Source of the DNA: a virus
Lineage: Duplodnaviria > Caudoviricetes
Strand: one strand, 5' to 3'
IMG/VR virus record: IMGVR_UViG_3300021963_006734
Location: 1 to 63,568 of that record
Length of the DNA: 63,568 nucleotides
Shown here: positions 39,482-47,972 of the stretch, in pieces
Layout of the letters: every line of letters starts with the position of its first letter
Numbering within the stretch: position 1 is the first letter of the stretch
Notes under the pieces: model-generated
Databases searched by the model: none
Told to the model about the DNA's origin: nothing
Seen by the model: only the letters and a program-made list of their open reading frames with translations
Program-made: the position numbers and the translations under genes

Positions 39482-39843
39482 TGGAAACGGTAGCAAAGTT
39501 TTTGTCCACACTATTCAATAGTCGTGACCAAGCACATATCTTCCATTTGCAAACATCGTCGTATGCTGCTCATAAAGCATTGAATGAATATTATGATGAA
39601 ATTGTAGATTTGGTAGATACATACGCAGAAACTTACCAAGGTCGTTACGGTATTATTCGTGGTTATACACCACAAAAACAATACTTTGAAGGTGATGAAG
39701 TAGTGAAGTATTTTACTGGATTATCAACTTATATTGATAGTGTTCGTAAGGGATTACCGCAAGATGGTGATCTTAATAATATCGTTGATGAAATTTCGGG
39801 GTTGGTCAATTCAACAATATACAAGTTAAAATTCTTAAAATAA
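39481..39843 (+). CDS. Ferritin/Dps-like four-helix protein
   Basis: AHIFHLQT.SYAAHKALNEYYDEI.DL.D..AE.YQG pattern. Confidence 0.65.
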   Translation: METVAKFLSTLFNSRDQAHIFHLQTSSYAAHKALNEYYDEIVDLVDTYAETYQGRYGIIRGYTPQKQYFEGDEVVKYFTGLSTYIDSVRKGLPQDGDLNNIVDEISGLVNSTIYKLKFLK

Positions 39844-39844
39844 T

Positions 39845-40087
39845 ATGAAATATACAGACTTTTTCTCGGAACAACTAACAGTACGATTGGACGAAGAAAC
39901 TACAAAGAGAATACAAGAAGTAATTTCTTTATTAGAAAAAAATATTCCAACAAGTCCTGATAAATGGGCACGAGCAAAGGCAGCCGCTCGTTCCAAATTT
40001 AAAGTATATCCATCTGCGTACGCCAATCTCTGGGCAGCTAAGAAATATAAGAGTATGGGTGGTGGGTGGAAAAAAGGAAAAAAGTGA
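39845..40087 (+). CDS. Small basic putative head-internal protein
   Basis: Leader MKYTDFFSE; KFKVYPSAYAN.W..K.YK..GG.W module. Confidence 0.7.
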   Translation: MKYTDFFSEQLTVRLDEETTKRIQEVISLLEKNIPTSPDKWARAKAAARSKFKVYPSAYANLWAAKKYKSMGGGWKKGKK

Positions 40088-40239
40088 TTAAGTTAGTAGA
40101 TATTATTTTGGAAAGATGGACAAAAAAATATAAAAAGTCCATAAACTGTAGTAATCCAAAAGGTTTCTCCCAGAAAGCACATTGTGCGGGACGAAGAAAA
40201 AGAAAACGCGGTGGTAAAACCAAATCAAAACCAATATGA
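40084..40239 (+). CDS. 51-aa basic protein missing from the ORF track (MIKLVDIILERWTKKYKKSINCSNPKGFSQKAHCAGRRKRKRGGKTKSKPI)
   Basis: GTGA overlap with the upstream stop and ATGA overlap with the downstream start; shares the MIKLxDIxxE leader. Confidence 0.75.
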   Translation: MIKLVDIILERWTKKYKKSINCSNPKGFSQKAHCAGRRKRKRGGKTKSKPI

Positions 40240-40562
40240 TACTTTTAGCAGATTTACTAGAAGAAGTAATTGATGAACTTGACGAACGATATAAAACTAA
40301 GGGTAACTTAGGAAAGTGGCTTCGTCAAAAATGGGTGGATATATCCAGAACAGATAGAAAAACTGGAAAACATCCCCCATGTGGCGCTTCTGCTGGTAAA
40401 AAGGAAAGACGGGGAGGATCTGCAAAATATCCAAAATGTAGACCAGCTCGATCAGCCGCAGCAATGAGTAAAGGTGAAAAACGATCCGCTGTTGTTAGAA
40501 AAAGAAAAGCAGGAAACCCAGGTGGAAAACCAACAATGGTTTCTACCTTTAAAAAGAAGTAA
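40236..40562 (+). CDS. Small basic putative head-internal protein
   Basis: Leader MILLADLLEE; LGKWLRQKWVDI…PCG…YPKCRP module. Confidence 0.7.
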   Translation: MILLADLLEEVIDELDERYKTKGNLGKWLRQKWVDISRTDRKTGKHPPCGASAGKKERRGGSAKYPKCRPARSAAAMSKGEKRSAVVRKRKAGNPGGKPTMVSTFKKK

Positions 40563-40585
40563 GACTCTTGACATTGAGAGATACT

Positions 40586-41083
40586 ATGATTAGATTAACA
40601 GATATCCTATGTGAATCTTGTTGGGATGGATATAAACAAGTTGGTATGAAGGAACTTAACGGTAAAATGGTACCAAATTGTGTTCCAGTAGAGGAACTTT
40701 ACCACCGTCCAGAAAGTGATGTTACATCAGACGATGAATTAACAGAAGGTGAATTCTGTAATGAATGTCTAATTGAAGTTCTTGATGGATTACACGAAAA
40801 TCAACTTGGTGAAGCAGAATATCACGGCCGTAAGGTTCCTCTTGGTAAAATTATGAGAGGTGATGTCAAGAAGTTTAAGGTATATGTTCGTGATCCAAAG
40901 AGTGGAAATATCAAGAAAGTTAATTTTGGTCATGGTGGAACTTCAGCAAAACGCCGTGGTGAAAAGACCATGAAGATTAAAAAGAACATTCCTTCTCGTC
41001 GTAAATCATTCCGTGCAAGACATCGTTGTTCAACTGCAAAAGATAGAACTTCTGCTCGTTATTGGGCATGTCGTACTTGGTAA
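40586..41083 (+). CDS. Basic Cys-containing putative head-internal protein
   Basis: Leader MIRLTDILCE; CWDGYK…VPNCVP and KVNFG…RKSFRARH.C…ARYWAC modules. Confidence 0.7.
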   Translation: MIRLTDILCESCWDGYKQVGMKELNGKMVPNCVPVEELYHRPESDVTSDDELTEGEFCNECLIEVLDGLHENQLGEAEYHGRKVPLGKIMRGDVKKFKVYVRDPKSGNIKKVNFGHGGTSAKRRGEKTMKIKKNIPSRRKSFRARHRCSTAKDRTSARYWACRTW

Positions 41084-41087
41084 TAAT

Positions 41088-41444
41088 ATGAAAAAGAAAA
41101 TTTCACGGGAACAATCCGACAAGATATTAGATAAAATGGGTTATAAGTTTAACCCAACAGAATTCTTTTTAGGAATGAATACAGAATTAGAACACCAAGA
41201 TGTAACTAATGGAAATGTGTTGACAACGGCAAAAATTGCCGCAGCACATCTTAAAGAAAATCCAAAGTATTATTCATTATTATTAAAGCATGTAGAAAAA
41301 ACTAATGAGCAACTTGGTGGGATAGCAGGAGCATCACCAACCGCGTCGGGTCTAGTAGCACCTGGTGGTTATATTCGTGGAGCACCAAAACCAAAAGATG
41401 TTAAGAAAATGCGAGTACGACTCGACAAGGAGAAATCACAATGA
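41088..41444 (+). CDS. Hypothetical protein
   Basis: ATG 41088 just after the previous stop; GMNTELEH…KIAAAHLKENPKYY module. Confidence 0.7.
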   Translation: MKKKISREQSDKILDKMGYKFNPTEFFLGMNTELEHQDVTNGNVLTTAKIAAAHLKENPKYYSLLLKHVEKTNEQLGGIAGASPTASGLVAPGGYIRGAPKPKDVKKMRVRLDKEKSQ

Positions 41445-41794
41445 TTAAATTAAGTAATATTTTGTTGAACGAAGCTGGAAAAGAAAATCGTATCATTCCA
41501 ACTCGTTTAGTAGTAATACTAGAAAAATGTATGGGTGAGTTAAAAGAGTCAGATCAAAAACAAATCACAGAATTATTATCTCGTGTATTAGAAGGAATTA
41601 CCAAAGTTAATGAAATGCCATATAATTATAATACTATGACTACATGGCAAATGACTCAATTAGCTGAAGTTGAAGCACCTATAGCAATTCTCCGAGAAAA
41701 GTTAAATAACTTAATAACAAGTAAATCCACGAAAGTTAATGTAGAAACTGTTCGTCAAGCTGTGAAAGCATTGGACGAATTATATATATACTAA
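41441..41794 (+). CDS. Small putative head-internal protein
   Basis: SD AAGGAG; leader MIKLSNILLNE. Confidence 0.65.
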   Translation: MIKLSNILLNEAGKENRIIPTRLVVILEKCMGELKESDQKQITELLSRVLEGITKVNEMPYNYNTMTTWQMTQLAEVEAPIAILREKLNNLITSKSTKVNVETVRQAVKALDELYIY

Positions 41795-41807
41795 AAGCTG
41801 AGGGATT

Positions 41808-43706
41808 ATGGCAGATACATCATTATTTGGTAGATTAAAGAGACTTTTTTCTACCAACACCGTTGTAAGAAATATCGGTGGAAAAAAATTAAAAGTAGCC
41901 GATACTGATAATATCCAAGCGTTTGTTAATAGACGAGGTATAGATCGTTATCATCGCGTGTACTCGTCATTGACGGGTGGATATGGATCTTCACACGGGC
42001 GATACGAAGCTGCCGCTGCATTCCAAGGATCACGATTACAGTTATTCCGTGATTATGATATGATGGACAACGATCCCATCATCTCATCGGTATTGGACAT
42101 TTATGCAGATGAAAGTACAATCAAAGATGAATTTGGACAGATATTAAGTATTAAAGCAAAAAATCAAAATGTTCAAGAAATTTTACATAATTTATTTTAT
42201 GATATTTTAAATGTAGAGTTTAATCTCTGGCCGTGGGTTCGTAACATGGCAAAGTACGGAGATTTCTTTTTATATTTAGATTTAGATGAAGAATATGGTG
42301 TAGTTAATGCTATACCGTTATCTGTTTATGAAACCATTCGTATCGAAGGCGAACAACCCGACCAACCATTCAGTGTGCGATTCAAAATCGAAAATGATTT
42401 CTTGCGACTAGGCAAGACAGATTTCGAAAATTTTGAAATTGCACATTTTCGTTTATTAGCCGATACAAATTTTCTTCCCTATGGAAAAGCCATGATTGAA
42501 GGTGGTCGTCGTGTCTGGAAACAACTCCAGCTTATGGAAGATGCGATGTTAATTCATCGTATTATGCGAGCACCGGATAAGCGTAAAATTTTAGTAGATA
42601 TTGGCAATATCCCGCCGGCAGAAATTGATACCTTCATGAATCGTGTAATGGATCGCATGAAAAAAACTCCGTTGGTGGATCCACAAACAGGAGATTATAA
42701 CCTTCGTTATAACATGCAGAATATTACAGAGGATTTTTATCTTCCTGTCCGCGGCAAAGACTCAGGAACCGATATTCAAAATCTTCCTGGATTGCAATTC
42801 AATGCAATCGAAGATATTGAATATTTAAGAAACAAATTAATGGCTGCGTTTAAAGTCCCTAAATCATTTATAGGATATGAAGAAGATATTAATGGAAAAG
42901 CTACGCTGGCTGCACAAGATGTGCGATTTGCTCGTACAATTGAACGCATCCAACGAATTATGGTATCGGAATTAACTAAAATTGCTATTGTACATTTGTA
43001 TATCCAAGGGTTCCGTGACGAAGAATTAGTTGATTTTGAACTAAGTTTGACATCACCTTCTATTGTATATGAACAAGAAAAACTCAATATGTGGAAGGAA
43101 AAGGTACAAGTTGCAAACGATATGATGGGTACCAAACTAATATCACAAGATTGGATCTACCATAATATATTTGAAATGTCGGAAGAAATGGCTAATGAAG
43201 AACGCAGTAAAGTCATGAATGATGTCAAACGAATGGCCGAACTTACTAGATTGGAACAAGAGGCATCACAACCACAACAAACGGGAACTCCTACCGGAGA
43301 AACACCACCAGAAGAAACATCACCAGAAGAAACACCATCGTCGGAAGAAGAAGAACAACAAATTGATGATGTAGATACGATTCTTGCATCATTAGAAACT
43401 GGTGATGAAGAAAGTGAACTAGAAGAAATTCCAGAAGAAGAATTGGAAGAAGCCAAGATGGGTAGACCAAAAACTGGAATGTCATACGGTCAAGATAGTC
43501 ACCCTAGAGGAAGAGATCCACTGGGTAGTAAAGAAAATAGTGATGTGTTGTCTGTAGGTAAAAAGCGAAACGATAAACGCAAGTCTCCGTTGGCATTAGA
43601 ATTACAATCTTTCTTTGGTAAAAAGAATAATAAAAAAATTATTATGGAATCACAAGAAACTGGTTCTTTTTTAGATGAAAATAATATTTTAGACCTTGAA
43701 AACTAA
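41808..43706 (+). CDS. Portal protein (gp20-like) with an acidic C-terminal extension
   Basis: LMEDAMLIHRIMRAP.KR…DIGN, EDFYLPVRG, LPG…DIEY..NKL..A.KVP, FARTIERIQ. Confidence 0.92.
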   Translation: MADTSLFGRLKRLFSTNTVVRNIGGKKLKVADTDNIQAFVNRRGIDRYHRVYSSLTGGYGSSHGRYEAAAAFQGSRLQLFRDYDMMDNDPIISSVLDIYADESTIKDEFGQILSIKAKNQNVQEILHNLFYDILNVEFNLWPWVRNMAKYGDFFLYLDLDEEYGVVNAIPLSVYETIRIEGEQPDQPFSVRFKIENDFLRLGKTDFENFEIAHFRLLADTNFLPYGKAMIEGGRRVWKQLQLMEDAMLIHRIMRAPDKRKILVDIGNIPPAEIDTFMNRVMDRMKKTPLVDPQTGDYNLRYNMQNITEDFYLPVRGKDSGTDIQNLPGLQFNAIEDIEYLRNKLMAAFKVPKSFIGYEEDINGKATLAAQDVRFARTIERIQRIMVSELTKIAIVHLYIQGFRDEELVDFELSLTSPSIVYEQEKLNMWKEKVQVANDMMGTKLISQDWIYHNIFEMSEEMANEERSKVMNDVKRMAELTRLEQEASQPQQTGTPTGETPPEETSPEETPSSEEEEQQIDDVDTILASLETGDEESELEEIPEEELEEAKMGRPKTGMSYGQDSHPRGRDPLGSKENSDVLSVGKKRNDKRKSPLALELQSFFGKKNNKKIIMESQETGSFLDENNILDLEN

Positions 43707-43749
43707 AGTCTTATAAATATTCGTTATATTTAATATATGACGGTATAAT

Positions 43750-44646
43750 ATGTCACAAAATGGAATACATATGAAATCAAACGTCAGACACAACAAAATT
43801 CGTAATACGGGCATTCTTTTCGAATTATTAGTCCGTAAAATTACTTCCGACGCATTGGAAAACCGTAAAAGTGATACGGCTATAAAACTTATGCGAGAAT
43901 ACTTCAATTCTAAAACAGAATTGGGTAAAGAATTAATACTCTATAGATCATTTTTCAATGTTCAGAACCTGAGTGAAGAAAAAGCATTTCAGTTGGTCGG
44001 ATTAATTTCCGAACAACGAAAGAGACTAAATGAAAATATGCTCAGTACACAAAAATATAATTTAATTAAAGAAATTAAAAAGTTTTACGATTTAAAAGAA
44101 TTCTTGGATGCAAGAATTCCTTCGTATAAAGTGTACGCGTCAATTTATAAAATGTTTGACGGGATGATTAACGAAATTACAGACTACGCAGAAATAGACA
44201 GTTTAGTTTCTGCAAAGTTTACTATAGTAGAGCATCTTACGGGTAATCTTGTTAATAAAGAAATAAAAAATGATACCCAATTATTTGAAACATTAAAGGC
44301 ACAAGAAGAAGATTTACGACTATTATCCTATCGTATATTAATAGAAAGATTTAATGAAAAGTATGCAGGATTAAATGACAGACAAAAAAATTTACTACGA
44401 GAATATATTTACAATGTATCAAATGGTGAACAGTTAAAAAAATACGCTGTAAAGGAAGCAGAACAACTTGTTAATGAATTAAAAATAAAAACCAAATTTG
44501 TAGATAACAAGATTACCCGTATTAAATTGTCTGAAGTTATCACACAACTAGAAAAAATTCGTTCGGTTAACATAGTAAAAGAAAATCATATGACTGCATT
44601 ACTCATTGCTTTGGAAATTACTAAAGCAATAGACACTAGAAAATAA
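43750..44646 (+). CDS. Hypothetical head-region protein
   Basis: 298-aa ORF between portal and protease; start may be 43771. Confidence 0.7.
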   Translation: MSQNGIHMKSNVRHNKIRNTGILFELLVRKITSDALENRKSDTAIKLMREYFNSKTELGKELILYRSFFNVQNLSEEKAFQLVGLISEQRKRLNENMLSTQKYNLIKEIKKFYDLKEFLDARIPSYKVYASIYKMFDGMINEITDYAEIDSLVSAKFTIVEHLTGNLVNKEIKNDTQLFETLKAQEEDLRLLSYRILIERFNEKYAGLNDRQKNLLREYIYNVSNGEQLKKYAVKEAEQLVNELKIKTKFVDNKITRIKLSEVITQLEKIRSVNIVKENHMTALLIALEITKAIDTRK

Positions 44647-44656
44647 GAGTTAACCT

Positions 44657-45154
44657 ATGAATCAACACGATAGACTCAGAGAAATGATCCGACAAATGAT
44701 CAGATCACAGTTAGAAGAAATGACCACCACTTCTGCTGTTCCTGGATACCTTACCCCGTATGCATTTCGAGGTAATAAAAAAGCATCGGTAGATAGAGCA
44801 AAACACATTGCAACCGACACAACAGGATTTAAATTAACTCCTCGTGGTGAAAAGGATATAAATCGTCCCGCCGATAAGATGGAAATCGTCACAAAAGATA
44901 TAAATGAAAATAAATATTATGAATATAAAAATGATGTGACGAAATCACCACATAGAAAAATTGCAGACGCCATTTCTCATTTAAATAAAAATTTACACGA
45001 AATAGAACGGGTAATAAAAATGAACGCTCGATTAAAAAATGAGTCGGGTATAACAAGTGAACAACTATGGAAGCGTACACAGCAAGGATTATTGAAGTTG
45101 GAATCCAAACTTCTTTCTATTGCAACACGCATCCGTGAAATTCGTGGACAATAA
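44657..45154 (+). CDS. Hypothetical head-region protein
   Basis: LREMIRQMIRSQLEE leader; C-terminal coiled coil. Confidence 0.7.
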   Translation: MNQHDRLREMIRQMIRSQLEEMTTTSAVPGYLTPYAFRGNKKASVDRAKHIATDTTGFKLTPRGEKDINRPADKMEIVTKDINENKYYEYKNDVTKSPHRKIADAISHLNKNLHEIERVIKMNARLKNESGITSEQLWKRTQQGLLKLESKLLSIATRIREIRGQ

Positions 45155-45155
45155 T

Positions 45156-45743
45156 ATGCAAACACTTTTAGTTGAATATAATGTCATTTCATATGACAAC
45201 ACTTTATTAAACGAAGCAATGGATATAAGTAAACCACTCGTATTAAAAGATGTGGTATTACAAAGAGCCGATCACAAAAATCAAAACGGAAGAGTATATC
45301 CAAAAGATATATTAGCACGTGAAGCGGCAGTATACAAACAGAACTTCGTGGTACAGCGCAGAGCATTAGGAGAACTTGACCATCCAGAAAGTCCTGTAGT
45401 CAATCTAAAAAATGTATGCTGTAATGTAACAGATTTGTGGTTTGAAGGAACTGATGTAAAGGGAAATATTGAAATTCTTTCTACTCCATCTGGTAATATT
45501 GTTCGTGAATTAATTAAGAATAACATCCGATTGGGTGTTTCATCCCGTGGTATGGGATCGGTAAAACAAATTGGTGAAAGTACAGTTGAGGTCGGTGAAG
45601 ACTTTAATCTAATTTGTTTTGATATCGTAAGTAATCCATCAACACATGGTGCATTTATAAATGAAAATGCAGATAGTAAAATCGTAACACCATACTCTCG
45701 TATTGATGCATTAATTTACGATTTCTTGGGTGAATTAAAATAA
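45156..45743 (+). CDS. Prohead core protease (gp21-like)
   Basis: NQNGRVYP, ALGELDHP, TPSG.I, LGVSSRGMGS, FDIVSNPS motifs. Confidence 0.92.
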   Translation: MQTLLVEYNVISYDNTLLNEAMDISKPLVLKDVVLQRADHKNQNGRVYPKDILAREAAVYKQNFVVQRRALGELDHPESPVVNLKNVCCNVTDLWFEGTDVKGNIEILSTPSGNIVRELIKNNIRLGVSSRGMGSVKQIGESTVEVGEDFNLICFDIVSNPSTHGAFINENADSKIVTPYSRIDALIYDFLGELK

Positions 45744-45762
45744 TCTTTAAAAGGAGTTGTTT

Positions 45763-46011
45763 ATGTTAACAGTTTTGGTTGTAGTTCTACTTGTATTTGG
45801 TATTGCATATTGGTTACACAAAAATAATCAACCAGTATTTACGCGATCAGTAAATAAGGTAGAAACCGTTGTTAAAGATGTTGTAGATGTAAATAATGAT
45901 GGTAAGGTAGATGTTAAGGATGCGGTAGAAGCAGTAAAGAAAGTAAAAAAGGCTGCAAAAATCACAGCAGAAAAAGTGAAAAAGACTGCAGGTCGTAAGA
46001 AGAAAAACTAA
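45763..46011 (+). CDS. Small membrane-anchored protein with an EF-hand-like loop and Lys-rich tail
   Basis: SD AAGGAG; N-terminal TM; DVNNDGKVDVKD. Confidence 0.7.
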   Translation: MLTVLVVVLLVFGIAYWLHKNNQPVFTRSVNKVETVVKDVVDVNNDGKVDVKDAVEAVKKVKKAAKITAEKVKKTAGRKKKN

Positions 46012-46013
46012 TC

Positions 46014-46385
46014 ATGAAATTAATGGATTTATTATACGAAATTCATAATAAAGCCATTGTACATGACTTTGTAAAATTCGTTGCTCGGGAATTACAATTA
46101 AGTCATTTACCCAAAAAAATTCGTTTAACTAACGAACCGTTGGGACATACATTTGGAACTTATACACCAGATGCAGATGAATTGTACATATATGTTGGTA
46201 AACGACACATTGCCGATGTATTGCGTACCTTAGCACACGAATTGGTTCACCACAAGCAAATGGAACAAGATATTGAACCGGATGGTAGTGATGGATCCTC
46301 TGTAGAAAATGAAGCAAATGCGGTAGCAGGTACATTGATGCGAAAATATCGATATTCACATCCGGAAATATATTTGGAGAAGTAA
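46014..46385 (+). CDS. Zincin-like metallopeptidase (HExxH)
   Basis: LRTLAHELVHHKQ…ENEANA; leader MKLMDLLYE. Confidence 0.7.
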   Translation: MKLMDLLYEIHNKAIVHDFVKFVARELQLSHLPKKIRLTNEPLGHTFGTYTPDADELYIYVGKRHIADVLRTLAHELVHHKQMEQDIEPDGSDGSSVENEANAVAGTLMRKYRYSHPEIYLEK

Positions 46386-46386
46386 C

Positions 46387-46890
46387 ATGCCAGCAGTTAG
46401 TAAAGCGCAACAAAAATTATTTGGTATTGTACATGCTATACAAACCGGTAAAGCGGATCCTACAAAATTTAGTTCGATTGCAAGAAAATTGGCTAGAAAG
46501 ATGTCACATGCGGATGTGAAAAAATACGCAACAACAAAAATTGAAGATTTACCAAAGAAAATCAAGGAAATATTACAAACATCGGATGAAATAGCGATTG
46601 GTGGAACACCTGTGTCGGATTTCCCACCGGAAACTTCACAACAGCCACATATTTCCAATGATCCAACATTGGTTACCTTCGATGAAGATTATAGTGAAAA
46701 GCAAAGTAAAATATTTGCAATCGTCAAAGATAAAAAACCAATGGAATTGGATGGGGTGTTTGTTGATGTATATACCGCTGCATTATTAACAAAAGTGTTA
46801 CATAAGTTAACACCGGAAAATCGCAAGAAAATGTTATCACTTCCTGTTAATAAAATGGTAGCTACTGCGTATAAACTAGTAACTAGATAA
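46387..46890 (+). CDS. Hypothetical protein
   Basis: MPAVSKAQQKLFG…A.TK..DLP N-terminal module. Confidence 0.7.
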   Translation: MPAVSKAQQKLFGIVHAIQTGKADPTKFSSIARKLARKMSHADVKKYATTKIEDLPKKIKEILQTSDEIAIGGTPVSDFPPETSQQPHISNDPTLVTFDEDYSEKQSKIFAIVKDKKPMELDGVFVDVYTAALLTKVLHKLTPENRKKMLSLPVNKMVATAYKLVTR

Positions 46891-46891
46891 T

Positions 46892-47596
46892 ATGGCAAGC
46901 GGTAAAATATTGTTTGTTAGTGATTTTGATGATACCTTGGCACGCACAGATGCCAAGGTAATTCTTATTCGTAATGGTGAACGAACGGAAATGGACCCCG
47001 CGGAATTTGCGGTGTACGAACCAGAAAAGGGTGATCAGTTTGATTTCTCTCAATTTGATCAATTAATTAATCCTCGTCCCATTCAACGATTTATTAAATT
47101 ATTAAAACAAGCTATTGGACGAGCTGATAAGATTTCAATTTTAACAGCACGCAATCATACATTACCAGTTGCACAATTTTTAAAGATGAATGGAATTACT
47201 TCTGGTGTATCTATTGCAGCGATTGGAAGCTCTGATCCTGAAAAGAAAGCAAGTTATATCCGTAAACACATTCAAGCTGGATTTGACAAAGTTGCGTTTA
47301 TTGACGATTCCCCAAAAAATATTGAAGCAGTAAAGCGACTTAGACAAGAATTTCCTGACGCAAAAATTTTAGCACATCAAGCAAAGGAAGAAGATGATCA
47401 TCCAAAAAATAAACCTACACAAACGGATGAACCAAAACAAACACAAAAAACAAAGTCAGAACCAGAAACTAGCTTGATTGCACAACAAGTTAAATCAATG
47501 GGACTGATAGATATGAAATTTGGACGATATGGAAAAGATGGTGTAGTTACGCATATTGTTCAAAACGGAAGATTGATTCCGAAACCCAAAAAATAA
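46892..47596 (+). CDS. HAD-superfamily phosphatase-like protein
   Basis: DFDDTL (motif I), ILTAR (II), K (III), FIDDSPKN (IV). Confidence 0.75.
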   Translation: MASGKILFVSDFDDTLARTDAKVILIRNGERTEMDPAEFAVYEPEKGDQFDFSQFDQLINPRPIQRFIKLLKQAIGRADKISILTARNHTLPVAQFLKMNGITSGVSIAAIGSSDPEKKASYIRKHIQAGFDKVAFIDDSPKNIEAVKRLRQEFPDAKILAHQAKEEDDHPKNKPTQTDEPKQTQKTKSEPETSLIAQQVKSMGLIDMKFGRYGKDGVVTHIVQNGRLIPKPKK

Positions 47597-47624
47597 TATA
47601 AAATAAAATACGAAAGGGGGTTTT

Positions 47625-47843
47625 ATGCATGTAGAAGTAAAGGGAGATGGGAAGGACGATTTGGAAAAAGCATTACGAGTATTTACTCGAATGGTAAAGA
47701 AAGCAGAGATAGTCAATGAAGTTAAAAGACGAGAATTCTATGTTAAACGATCAAAGAAAAAAATACTAAAACAACAAGAAGCACTTCGTAAAAGAATTCG
47801 AGAAGAGAAAAAAGTAGAAAAAAGAAAAAACTCGGATTGGTAA
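47625..47843 (+). CDS. rpsU: Ribosomal protein bS21 homologue
   Basis: V.V…LEKALRVF.R.V.K..I..EVKRREFYVK.S pattern; 72 aa, very basic. Confidence 0.85.
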   Translation: MHVEVKGDGKDDLEKALRVFTRMVKKAEIVNEVKRREFYVKRSKKKILKQQEALRKRIREEKKVEKRKNSDW

Positions 47844-47870
47844 AAATAACATTTTTCTAAATAATAACAC

Positions 47871-47953
47871 TATATATTACTAGTACACCTTTATTTGAGG
47901 TGTTTTCTAGTATTTGACTGTTTATAACCGCATAATGACTCTAAATAGTCGTT
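47871..47953 (+). promoter_or_regulatory. Leader of the scaffold/capsid operon: promoter-like TATATATT then two hairpins
   Basis: TACTAG-T-ACACCT/AGGTGT-TTT-CTAGTA (47878-47912) and AATGACT/AGTCGTT (47934-47953). Confidence 0.45.
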
Positions 47954-47972
47954 TTTATGGAGAACCCAAAGT

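Noticed and set aside
43712-43719. Canonical T4 late promoter TATAAATA on the + strand
   Set aside because: The only intergenic case I noticed, next to a TATTTAAT variant; too little to call it the operative motif
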